64,000 nt of DNA from the human T2T-CHM13v2.0 reference genome, Homo sapiens, in assembly GCF_009914755.1 (NCBI RefSeq), contig NC_060931.1. One strand, written 5' to 3'. The notes beneath the pieces are model-generated. The model was not told the origin of the DNA. It saw nothing but the letters and a program-made list of their open reading frames with translations, and did not search any database. Shown here piece after piece: positions 29,993 to 43,925 of the stretch. The position numbers were made by a program, and so were the translations under genes. Within the stretch, counting starts at the first letter, position 1, and each line of letters begins with the position of its first letter.

Positions 29993-30321
29993 TCTTTCTT
30001 TCTTTTTTTTTTTTTGAGACAGAGTCTCACTCTGTCGCACAGGCTGGAGTGCAGTGGTGCGATCTCGTCTCACTGCAATGGTGCGATCTCGTCTCACTGC
30101 AAGCTTCGCCTCCCAGGTTCACGCCGTTCTCTTGCCTCAGCCTCCCGAGTAGCTGGGACTACAGGTGCCCGCCACCATGCCCGGCTAATTTTTTTTTTTT
30201 TTTAGTAGAGACGGGGTTTCACCGTGTTAGCCAGGATAGTCTCGATCTCCTGACCTCGTGATCCGCCCACCTCGGCCTCCCAAAGTGCTGGGATTACAGG
30301 CATGAGCCACCGCGCCCAGCT
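29993..30321 (-). mobile_element. AluY with internal 24-bp tandem duplication
   Basis: caagct..cgcc and ttagccaggat..tctcgatctcctgacctcgtga Y diagnostics; TSD gattttttttctt. Confidence 0.95.
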
Positions 30322-31699
30322 GATTTTTTTTCTTAAATTACTCTCAAAACTCTTTATTTTGCAGTGTAATTACATTATAATGTGATTATATACATCTTCT
30401 GTTTCTTTTATGACAAACCTAAAGGGTTCCATAGAAAACTAGCTAATATCATCCAATTTAAGGTGTTCTTTTTGGCCATTAGGTTAAAGTATTAAATCAT
30501 TAAGACAACTTTATCTCTTTGTTGTTTTAGAAGAAATAATTTAGCAGATAAAAAATGCACCTAGAAAAGAAAAGTTGTCTATGTTGTTATTCGAAATGGA
30601 AGATAATTTGAAATCCAAACTATATCGCTTTTATTAGGCCTATAGAAGAGTTATTTACAAATATTTCTAGGCAAGTTTTTATGATAAGCATGCTTTTCCT
30701 TTTTTTTTTCAAGGTATTTTCCCTCATTTGTATCATATTTGGAACGTTATGCCCTAAAAGGTTCCCCTACATGATTTTAGAGTTAAGAATCCTTTTACCT
30801 GCTAGTTTCTTCTCTCCCTCATTCTCTCCTGGGGCACTGATCTAGTCTATAATTCAGACCCTCAGTTGAAAAGGAACTGACATATATGTGACTAAGAGAG
30901 GGTTTATGTATTCCTTGAGGCATGGTCCATCAATCACCTAGCCACTTTACCTAAAGGCTGAAAACTGTGAATCATTTCCTCCAGTACCACATGCTAGGAG
31001 GCACTTGATTTAGGAATATGGGTAATGTGGGCTATAATTAACTCTTTTATATATTTTATTTCTGTTCTTTAACATATGGCATATAATTTTATACTAATTG
31101 CAGAGATAGGCAATTAAAATTTTGCATTTGCTGGTATCACAAGTCTTTCGTTAATGGGTATACATAGTTACATGAAAACACATGTATATTAATCAATAAT
31201 TTACCTTCAATCACAGTCATCTGTATAATGCCTTTCCTCCAATACATCATTGGTAGAGGACAATTTGGCAATGAGAAAGCAACAATTGTTACTGATTTTG
31301 CATTGTTTTGGCAGAGTTGCAATAATTTTCCCATACCGTGATCCAGCAGAGATATCAGATAGATTTCTAGACTGTACTTGCATTTGAAAGTTCTTCCTCT
31401 GTTTTTATTCTGAGTATTTTTTTCCATCAGCTTATAACATCATAATATTGATTAGTGCAAGTAATGTATTATTCATGCCATTCTGGTTTCATTCCATTAG
31501 TGCCATCGGCATTAGTATTCAGTCTGAGAGACACAATTATGTCAAGAACCCTCTGGATCAGCTAGTCTTGTTTTGCATTTGTTTCACATTCATAGAAGAG
31601 ACTTCTTTGTAGAGTAGATCTTTTTTATTTTGTTGGTGCCAACTGGAATGAAATAAGAGATTAATATGAGGCTGATGTAAATATAACCTTATATATTTT

Positions 31700-32170
31700 T
31701 ATTTTACAGATAATCATTATGTAAAATTTGAAAAATTTGGAATGTGTAAAACTTAGAACTGTATAAGTAGGGAAATAAATTCATCTGTATTTTCATCATC
31801 CTATTGACAAGTTGATTTTACTTTCTAGTCTTATTTCTTAAATAATAAAGTTCATGTTGTATATGCAGTTTTGAATACTGATTTTTAGCATTATATGATG
31901 CATATTTTGCCGTATAACATTTTTAAAAGTTGATTTTTGGTGAACATATAATTGTTTATATTATTGTATCATTTTCAACCATTCTTAATTTTCAAATATT
32001 TTTTCATAGTTTTTTTATCAATAATGATGGATATCTTCATTTATAAATCTTTGACCATATCTCTGGTTATTTCCATAGGATAGATTTCTGGAAGTGAAAT
32101 TATGGGCCAAGAATATTAGCCTTTAAAAAACTCTTGATACATATTGCCAAACAACTTTCTAAAAACACTG
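31700..32170 (-). mobile_element. L1ME-like fragment
   Basis: tttccataggatagatttctggaagtgaaattatgggccaa...ttgatacatattgccaaa. Confidence 0.55.
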
Positions 32171-35100
32171 AATTCTAATTTCCTGTTTGCTAAAAAAAAA
32201 AAAAAACTCCGTTTTAGCTTATGTTGCTGTAAAGTCATTTTTTTTATTTAATGTGTATCTGTCTTTTTAGTAATATATTCATTAAAATAGACAAGTTAGG
32301 ACATCATTAGATTGCTAAACAACCAAAGCAACTCAATAGATAGCCTTCTAGTGCTAAAAGCCACCTGACATTTTGGTGGGCTATCTTTTCTTAGTGTGTA
32401 ATTTTTGATGATTTATATTGCTAGATCCTGTAGCTAAATATTTGAACGGAAATATGGTGTAGGGGTCTGAGCATTCAGACAGATAACAACAGTTCTGTAA
32501 GTCTGCTGTGGAAAAATGAGAGCTGCTATCTGCTACTTCATCAGTAATAACTGAGATCTCATTGTGTTTCACCTGTGTTTTTAGCCATTCATAGAACCAT
32601 TTAGTGACTTAATTTTGTATTTACAATTATTTCAAAATTAGTACAAAGTCTAGGTAATCTAATCAAAACAAGTTATGTTTGAAATAACATACTGCTGCTC
32701 ATATGCTTATTTGCATCTTGAAGAATGGAGTCTAAAATGTACAATGATGGTCATGACATGATATTATATGAATTTAATGTAATATTGCGGCTTTGACCTC
32801 ATGAAATATGCAGAAAGTGCTAAGTTCAAAGAAAATGTTTAAATTAAAGTATTGTGACTCCATTACTTCATTTTAGCCTTCTATCATAAGGCATTTTATG
32901 CAATACTAGGAAATCTCATCTCCTTTATAAAGACTACATAAAATGAATAATGATTTCTGTTCCTCTGCCCAATTTGCCTGAAATACAATTGTATTGAATT
33001 ATAAACTAACCCTAAAATTTAGGTATAATAAATACCGCATGTTGAGAAGGTCAGTTGATTGGTGGTCTTTTTAGTTGAACACTTCTCTGTAGGTTCTGCA
33101 TTGGTCGATGTCTTACTGATGGTAAAAGGGAGGAAAAAGGAAGCATAGGGATTATCAGAATACTTGGAGTCATCAAAAATTCTATGTATAAAATTTACTG
33201 GCTATATGACCTTTTAAAATGTTTACTGGCTATATGAACTTTGTTAATATCAAGGATTTGTTAAATCTTTGATACTTTGTGAGTACAATTTCTTGTCTGT
33301 TAATGAGGAATGACATTACCTCAAAGATTGAATTGAATAATGAGTAAAATATCCCTTTTGTAGATGTTCCTTAATAAAAGTGTGTTAATTTCTTATCCTT
33401 GTATGTAAAATATGTGGAAGGTTAAGGCTAGACCAAGGACTCTATTAAGTATGCAGCACTCAGAAAAGTAATGCCTTCAAAAATGTTTTTGTCTTCTCCT
33501 TGCAATATAGATGCATCAATAGATACTGAATTAAATACCAAGCATAGTATGTGGGTTGGCAATATCCTGTGTTTGCAACTGTTGGAACCAGTTTGCCCCA
33601 TTTGCAGGAATCACAATAATGAAGATAATATTCACAAAATAGCAGTGCATATTTTATGGAGATATATTTTCCGTAAAGGCCATTCAGTTGGTTCCAGGAG
33701 GGTTTGTTGTGTTCTCTTGTGACACTGAGTTTTTGGTCCCTTGTGCTTCAGATATGTGAAAACTTTTGTGTTCATTATTATCAGTGCTGAATATTAGCCA
33801 CTCCTCACAGTGAAGCAAGAGTACTCTGAAGAATTACCAGTGGATTCCTTGGGCTAGAGGTATCACCAAGTGTTTACTTGGGGGAGGTGGCTTTGGTCTT
33901 CCCATGACCTTTAGCAGCCTTCCCCAATTCTTTGAGATAGAGAATTAACGTATTTGTAGTCTTTTTTGTAAAGTGCCGTGCAAGTGCAACTTTAAGACAG
34001 GTCAGCTCGCTAACTTCCAAGTAGGTTGCTGTACTAAAGCTGGAGCCAACACAGTTTGGGCTGCCCTACTTAAGCAGGAGTTGTTGGTTTGCCATTACCT
34101 ACTGTGTTTCTGCTACTTAAGGACTCCCTGAATCCTAGAGATGTGGGAGCCCTGTAGCAAAACATACACCATTGCTATTGCTGGTGATGTGAACTTAGAT
34201 CATGTTTTTGCATTGTGAAATAAGTGTGTTGTAGTGTACTTGATGAAAGATGCTCATCGGTTAAAATCTTTACTTTGTTATTATTAATGATTAATGTAAT
34301 AGCCCCTTGATCACTGCCCCAACTTTGAATCATCTGTCTTCTAACTTCAGGTGATCATTCCTCAGAAAGTTAGTTTCCTAAGGATTATATAATTGATACT
34401 TGTAATTACATTATTTATAATCTCAAACTCATATTAGAAATAATGAATAAAAACATTTTGTTTTTCAAGTTCAAACCAAAGGTTCTGAATTTGTTGAAAT
34501 TATTTAAAATGAATTTATTTGTTAAGACTCACCTCCATTGGTAACTCCCTTTGAAGTCAAGCTGTTCTCTCTGCCATCAACTTTTTAGATCCACCTTGAC
34601 CATGGCATTGATAACGCTGTGTTGCAATTACTTGACTACACATCTGTTTTGTTAACAAAGCTGTGAGCTGATTAACGGAAGGGGACGTGTCTTCTTCACT
34701 GATATCCCTAAATGTTAGTAAGTGTTCTCATTGTTAATAGATGCCAGATAAATGTTTTCCAGATTATCTTGAATTTACTTAAGCATGGAATACTGTATAA
34801 AACACATAAGTTATAAAGCATTAGCCATCTGAGATAATTTCTGTGTAACTTGACTTGTAACTGTGACATAGTTTATTTAACATGAACTTTGGTGGTGAGA
34901 TTTGTACATGAGTGAGGAAATTTAATATATGATTTAAAATATCAGGGATTGAATAAAGGAAAAAGAAACCATCTACAGCTTTTAAGTGTCAATTGGACCA
35001 GTCTTTTGGAATCTATCTGTCCATCACAAGCTTGTCTCTGCTTTAGCCCCATCTCAGACATTTAATCCTTGTCTAGAAGGGTAATTAGAAACCATCTAAT

Positions 35101-35467
35101 TTAGGTTATTTCTATTGAGGTAAATTGAGTTAAGATAACTGAAACTTGCCTTGGCATTTAACCTCTTTGGAGTCAGAGCATGGCTCACCCTTTGTGAAAG
35201 GCCACGCAGCTGACCTCTCTGCTCCCACACCAGTCTTCTTTCCAAACAGCGACCTGAGAGTGATCATCAAATAGAGCCAAGTGCTATATCAGGTTAACTC
35301 CAGGGTATTTTTAATGGATATATAGAGAAGCATCAGAGTGTTATCTGTCAGACACATTTCCAATTCTGAGGGGAAAATTCTTTTGAATTTCACATAAATT
35401 CTTTACCTGGAAATACAGATTGATTTATATTGAAGATTACTACTACACAAGAAGTCATAGCTTCTTA

Positions 35468-35854
<387 letters not shown>

Positions 35855-36054
35855 TCAACATTTTTGCTGGACATGGTGTTAAGTTTTGAAATATAGAAAT
35901 GAAAAACACATAGGCTCTCTTTCGTAATTCTAACTCACTGTCAACAAAATGCAGAAAAGCATATTGTAACACCTGGTGATAAGGGCCATAATGAACATAT
36001 TGTGGTGTTTTTATTTAAAATACCACAGAACTAAACCAATTGGCTATCTATATA

Positions 36055-36750
36055 TAAAAAATGCAATTGGATCCTTACCTCATACCATAAACAAAAATAA
36101 ATCTCAAGTAAATTAAATGCCTAAATGGGAAACATATACCTTTTAAAAGAAAAGGGAGAAGCTTATATTTTTAACCTCAGGGTAGGGAAGGACTTCCTAA
36201 GCAAGTTATAAAAAGCACAGCCAACCTTTAAAATCAAAGATTGATAAATTTGACTAAATTGAAATATAACTTTTGTATAACAAAGGAAACCAGGTACAAA
36301 ATTAAGATAAGATATTTTTAATTCATTCTACCAGGAAAGGAGTATGTAAAGAATCCGACATAATTAAGAATAACGGGTCCAGTAGAAAAATTAGGCAATG
36401 GATATGTGTAGAAAATTCTGAAGGAGAAAATGTAAGCTGCCAAAAGACATTGAAAGATGCTTAACCTTGGTAGTAATCAGAGAAGTAGAAATTAAAACCC
36501 ATAGGGAAAATCCATTTCATACATATCAAACTGAAGAAAAAGGGAAATTTCTGATAGGATGAAGTGTTGGCAAATACATGGAGCAATGACAAATTCCCAT
36601 ACACTACTTGTAGGAGCACAATTAGATACAGTATTTGGAGAGCAGTTAAATGAAAGAACTTGGGCTATATACATGCTAATATTTAACGCAGTCTCAAAAA
36701 CACAATGCTGAGAAAGAAAGAACACAGGATATTCATTTCACAAAGCTGGC
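36055..36750 (+). mobile_element. L1M ORF2 3' fragment
   Basis: ttggatccttacctcatacca...agtaatcagagaagtagaaattaaaacc. Confidence 0.7.
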
Positions 36751-37380
36751 GAATGTTCTCATATGCTGCTATTCTCTTCTTCCATTGGAACAGTTAGTTC
36801 AGCAAGTTATCATGACTAAAGCTGATGAAGGAGTCTCTTACAACCTTAGTTTATCATAATTGGTAGGTACCCACAGGATTTTTATCACTTTACCAGTGCT
36901 TTGGTAGGTAAGTCACCAAGAGTGAACACAGAGTGTTCAAGCTTTGGGCTGATTTACAAACAGCCAAAAATGCCTGTATTCTTGGTCAAGCTTTATGGAC
37001 CCTTCAGCCCTAAAGCCTGGGGCCAGCTCAGGTCTGAGTGACATGCTAGGCCGGGCCCTAGTTTTTTTCCCTGGGCCAGCTGGGAAGGACTATCTCACCT
37101 TTTCTTACTGCTGCTCACATGGCCCTGCTATTCCTATATTTGCTCTCTCCTTTTGGAATCAGTTTATTTCTTGCAAGAATTATCTCATGGGGTATTGTGA
37201 TTTTTTAGTGATTATGTGAGCTCTTACTACTTTTTGCATGTATCAAATGGATTTCTCTGAGTTTTAAAGAATTCCATTTTACTATATTAATTTGGGAGAA
37301 ATGCTATTGTCTTTCTGATGTGACCCATGATTTCATAGATTTCTACATTTCTCTTCTCAGCTTTCATTATTTCAGACTGA

Positions 37381-37773
<393 letters not shown>

Positions 37774-38759
37774 TAGAGGAAGAAAAGATAAATCTGTCTT
37801 TTCTGATACCTAGGGTAGGGCACAAGGACTTGACTGTGAGGTAGGCAAGGCAAGTGAGTCAACCTTAGTGTTTGGGTTTTGCGTGAGATGCTTGTCTAGA
37901 GCAGTACACTGTATACCAGGAGAAATTTGATATGAAATAAGGTAATGTTTCCTTGCAGTGTGATGCAAAAAGGCTTAGACGTTAGGGCTGGCGGTTTTCC
38001 AGCTTTGTGATCATGGAAAAGACACTTATGAAAACTCTTGATCTTGGAAAAGACTCATAAAAATTCTAAGCCATAGTTCCATCCATTGAAGGTTGGAAAT
38101 AATAAAGCTTATCTCATAGAGTTGTGTAATTTAACTTATTTGAAGGTGCATTGTAAGTTATAACGTACCATACAAATTTGAGATATTAGTGTTATCAATA
38201 TTTTTCTAAATGATGCCTAACATTCTTTTGGTCTCTTTTGCCCTCATCAGTACATGGTATATGTTCTTAGTTCAGCACAGAGTAACAGTCATCCCTATTT
38301 TCTTACTGGCTTTTGTTTTCTAAAGAAAGGGTAGTTTTAAATATTCATAAATGCATGACAGCTGGGGGCATTCCTTTTAACAGATAAAATTTATTAAATA
38401 TGCAATGGTGCTTGGTGGGGATGCTACTGTGTAGCACATGGAAGGTCATGGGCCACAGCTTACAATTTTGAGGGGCTGCACTCAGGTTTATTGAGGCAGT
38501 GCTTAAAGGTTTGAGGTCAAGAAAGGGAAGCTGCCAGAATTTTGAATTTCATTCCTAAACAAGTCATTTATTAAGAACCTAAAAACGTACTGAATCACAG
38601 CACATTAAGTTAGTTGATGTTGGACATAGGGAATTTTTGAATATGGAAAAATTTCAGAGTCCATCAGTATACCATTGCACGAGGTAGCCCAAGCTCATAT
38701 GAAGCATAAGATCTAGTGCATGGTGTATGCCATTTAGCAGTGATATAATTTATAATTTA

Positions 38760-38990
38760 ATAAATGGGCATGATCAACAGCAATAGAAGTTAGAAGAATG
38801 GTTGCTTTTGGGGAGGGAGAGGCATTAACTAGAAAAAGAAATGTGAGAACTTTGAAGGGTGATAGAAATATTCCATATTTTTAGTGGGGTATTGGTTATA
38901 CAGGTAGATATATTTGTCAGAATTCATTGAACTGAGAACTTAAAATCTGTGCATTTTCCGAACACTTCAACAGAAATAATAAAATAAGAA
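38760..38990 (+). mobile_element. L1ME/MC 3' end
   Basis: ggtgatagaaatattcca...aattcattgaactg...cttaaaatctgtgcatttt. Confidence 0.7.
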
Positions 38991-39728
38991 AAATGTTTAA
39001 ATGGAAAAAATTACTAAGCATGAAAGCAATAATCGAGTGGATATAGATTGTTATATAACAAGTAGAATATCTAATTGTGAGAGAAAGCAGAGTAAAAGAA
39101 TCATCAACATAGGCTGGAGTGGAGTCAATCCAGGAATGCTCCCTATTTGTGTGTATGAGCTGGGTTTTGGGGAAAGGATGAGCTGTAGATGGCCAAAAAA
39201 AAAAAATAAAATAAAAGGGTGGGGAGAAAGGTCTTTCAATCTTTCAAATCTTGGAAACCATATCCCCAAGGGCTCAGACAGAGCAGGATGCAAACTGAGG
39301 CGAGACGCTAGATTGATTTGCAAAAAATATTTAATATTCATTTTTTATGTTCATTGTTTTAATTCATCTATTCATAAAATGAAAATCACAATAATACCTT
39401 GTGGAAACTTAATTCATCATTTAATGATATTTTGGATTATTACTACATAAATTATGTCTATTTCTTTAGAATGTTCTTTCTGAGATCTTGAGCATTCTGG
39501 TTAATAACACATGAAGCTTGAAAACCCACATTTGCACTTATATTTATAATATCTCTATTAAATCAGGAAGTTAATGTTTGCATGGTTGTTAACCCATTTA
39601 ATTGCAACTAATGTATGCTTTCATGACTTTTGTTTTATCTCATTACCTTTTTGATTTGATTTCTTTCCTAAGAATCCATTATGAGGACTTGGACTCTTGT
39701 GGAGCTCAGAAAGTTTAGGATGTGTTAA

Positions 39729-40105
<377 letters not shown>

Positions 40106-43100
40106 GCTGGCGTATGCTTCTAAGAAATTTCCACTTTCAGTCAGTTTGACAGTTGAATCCATGAACACTTGGTCTAAACGCCCTTGATACTAATTATCAT
40201 ATTATGTTTGCCAAAGACCAGGAAAGAGATTTAGATAACAATATTTTGCATAATTCAGGCTGTAAAATAAATCATAGAGAATGAGCAGTGTGGTTTGTGG
40301 TGTGTAAGTTGTTTGTAGAATACAGATATGAACTTTTAAAAATAAATGTTCTCAAGAAAGTATCAGTGGCATGTATTTGAAGTACTTTGGAAACATTTCA
40401 TCAAATTATTACGTTTGTAGTGGAATTGAGGGGTGAACATTAATAATGTTAGAAAGTGTTTTTTAAAATAGTAAGCTAAAGTTTTACAATTGATTAAAAT
40501 GGAAGCAAGTGCATTCTGATCTGACAAATTATTACTTTCTTCTGATTGAGAAAGAAAAGCTAATTAGCACCTCACAAATCAACAGTGATGATGGGAAGCT
40601 CCACTATAAATGTGCCAAGTATAAGGATTATTGTTCCTCAAAGAAGGTGTATGCATTAAGCATAATGTGATCACCTTTTTTTTGGTCTCATTAGCTTGGT
40701 GTTTATCAGATTTCTTTAGTTAACCCAGGTCTGCTTATAGTTATAAGCAGCCATTACCTGCATTGGTCCTTGTCCAATTTTCACACTGTGTAAATATAGA
40801 CAGAAAGAAAAAAACACTCCTTAGAAATAGCTTTGAAAACTGAGGAAGTCTATTGGAAACATAAAGCATATTTGGCATCTTATATGTCATGTATGAAAAG
40901 TTAATGGACTTGGTTTTTATGACTGGCTTATGGAATCGGTCTCATTATTGTACTGTCACACCTTGTATATGGCTAAATGGGTAGATCATGTACTCATTTC
41001 TGTGAAAAATTATGACTACTTTGTAGTAGAACTGGCACCATTACCAAGAATTTATGAATTGGAGATTGATTTTGGTAAAAATGGAACTTGTTTTAAGCCA
41101 AATATCTTAAAACCCAAACCCTTCAATCCTAACTGTTCATGAGAATGACTTGATTTTTGTTTGATAGAAAGATGGAAATGGAAAAGGAGACTTGCTTGTC
41201 ATTATGTCTGCTTGTTCATAAAGAGAAATCTGGAAAAGTTAATTCCTTCATATTCTGAGACGTAGCTAGTGGAGGACTAATTTTGTCACTGGGATTCTCT
41301 TAAATCCAGATATGCTGTCTTTCATGCCCTTCACTCCCACCGGGAAACCCCTATATTTTTCTTCCCTATGGACTCCATGCTTTAAAAATTGTCTCTCAAG
41401 GACAATATATCAATTGTACATGCTTTTATTAATACTGCATAGAACTGCATGTAAAATTGTTTGATCAGTGTGAAATAATTGCTACAAAGAGACTTGACAT
41501 TTTGCTTTACTTTGGAATCCCTATTACACATAAGCGTGCAGTTTTTGTAATAAAAAAGATGAAAATAACTTGTTGATCTTCTATTGTACCTGTAAGAAGT
41601 TCATCTTGGCATTCTCTTGTAGTCTTAGCAAGCATGGATTTGTAATCACGCCAAAATGGGTTACATATGACACCAGACCCCTTCTGTGTGACCATGAATT
41701 ATAACTTTTAAAAAATTACTTTACTTGAGACAAGTTTAAGGCAATAAAGTGAATGCCTGAGAAAAGAAGTCATCAGTGGGAGTTTATGAGTTACCGAAAC
41801 AGGGAGCTCAAACTGTGCTCACCACAGTAGAATAGTTTTAAAAATCAGTGAAGGTGTTTGAATTGATGAGCTGTTTGAATTGGTCCTCTGACCTCTGAAA
41901 TGACCTTTCCCATTACCTCCTCAGGTTTGAAGGATAATTGCTCTCCTCTTCTTTCCCCCTGAGGCAACCCTAGCCAGAATTTCAACTTTGCCTTTTGAAG
42001 GGTGATACCTGTGGTGCAGCATATTGGGTCAGGATATGACCTTGCACATCTGTATTTCACTAGACCCTCAGAATAGAGATGCCCACCACTGTTGCTGTCT
42101 TAGATGGGGGCTTAGAGAAGTGCTTCCCCAAATCCAAATCATTCTGCATCTTGATACCTCAAGGATCATTCTCTATTCTTAAACTGTTTCTTTATTGTCA
42201 GTTTTGAAGAACGGTAACTCTATTAGGGAGATAAAAATGAAAAAAGTTATTTGGAAGTAGTCACTAAATATGATTAGTTATTTTACATGATATAGATTAT
42301 TTTAAATTTTTCTGTTTTCCAATGTGGTTAACTACTGTATTAAGCACTTCTGGAGCTGCCATAATGAACAGCTTAATCAGTTCATATAAATTTGTTGTGT
42401 ACTGCTAAGGACTTTAATTGGAAATATAATAAATCTTTTAAGTAAGGACTAGTCATTATAGAAAGCTGATTTGCAATAGTTAAATGTTCACATTATACTA
42501 AAATGAGATATAAACACTCTTTTGTAGCATGTTATTACAACACACAGATGTCTTGGCTCCAAAGAACGTGTACTAAATGAGTGCTGCTTGGATTTATGCC
42601 AGGGTCAAGGCTTAGTGATCTTAAGTAAGAGCCCAGAACATCGCATGATGGGAGGTCAACTAACTGCTTTTTATTCTAGGAGCTCTAGCTCATGCTTTGG
42701 AGTCTGTCGCTGGTGGAGAGGACATGCCCAGTATAATCTATTCTCCCTGCTCACAACTGAAGACAAAGCCTTATCAATATATGCAGACCTTAAAATACAG
42801 TTGAAAATTTTGCGAAAGCTCTTATTTTAGGGCAAGTAGTGGCTGGTTTAGTTGCTTCCAAAATGGCTGGATTGTCCATAATTTTCAGCTGTCTAGGGAA
42901 GTTGGGAGGGCAGAGTGCATCTTTCCCCGCATTTAGAAAAATAGTACATGTATGTTGAGGGGAAGTGAGTGGAGAAAGGAGAGGAAGAAGAAGAGGAACA
43001 AGGCTGTACAATAAGTTACATCCCTAGGTCACATTTTAAATTTTGATGGAACCGGTCTCTCTTGGAGAATCTGTGTAAGGACCTACATCCTGTAGGAGGA

Positions 43101-43554
43101 AGCAGAGCCTGGGTTTTCAGGCCTTTAAGCATTGACTAACTGCTGAATGCAAATGCTAGCGGAGATTGAACTGTGCTAATATTCCTATTAGAACTGTTAT
43201 TATTTTAGCTAATGCTCTGATTACAGAATTGCATAAGTTTTGAGTGCTCTGCTCATAATCCCTTTTCCCTCATAAGCCCTGTTATTTTCATAGCAATTTT
43301 GCAAAACATGAAGTTTTGCAGGAACACATGTATTGCATTTATGTCAGAAATGCCAGTACATCATGGTAAATATCTACTTAGTAAACTACTTGTATGTTGA
43401 TGCATAAAGTTAAATTTTATAATAAGACCTCAGTGACCAGATTGAGAAATTGAGGTATAAAAAGTTTGTGTTGTCCTCCATTAGTTGGAATGTTCTCTGT
43501 TTATTAAACTGCTTATCACATTGTTGAAACTATTTTAATCCATCTAAATGATAT

Positions 43555-43925
43555 TGATATGGTTTGGCTGTGTCTCCGCCCAAATCTCATCTTGAATTGT
43601 AATCCCCATAATCCCCATGTGTTGAGGGAGGGACCTGGTGGGAGGTGATTGGATCATGGGGGCAGTTCCCCCATGCTGTTCTCGTGATAGTAAGTTCTCA
43701 TGAAATCTGGTGGTTTTATAAGCATCTGGCATTTCTCCTACTTGCACTTCTTTTTTTCCTGCCACCATGTGAAGAAGGTTTTGCTTCCCTTTCACCTTCC
43801 ACCATGATTTTAAGTTTCCTAGGGCTTCCCCAGCCATGTGGAACTGTAAGTCAGTTATACCTTTCTTTATAAATTACCCTGTCTCAAGTAGTATCATTAG
43901 AGCAGTGTGAAAACGGACTAATACA
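43555..43925 (+). mobile_element. THE1D-like MaLR solo LTR
   Basis: tgatatggtttggctgtgtc...acggactaataca; perfect 5-bp TSD gatat (43550-43554 and 43926-43930). Confidence 0.92.

Noticed and set aside
36923-36939. TGAACACagaGTGTTCA as a steroid response element
   Set aside because: The GAACA and TGTTC half-sites are 5 nt apart, not 3.
39001-39450. 149-aa ORF, with similar ones at 16040-16441 and 18138-18533
   Set aside because: No recognisable homology or motif; it reads through an A-tract and AT-rich filler.
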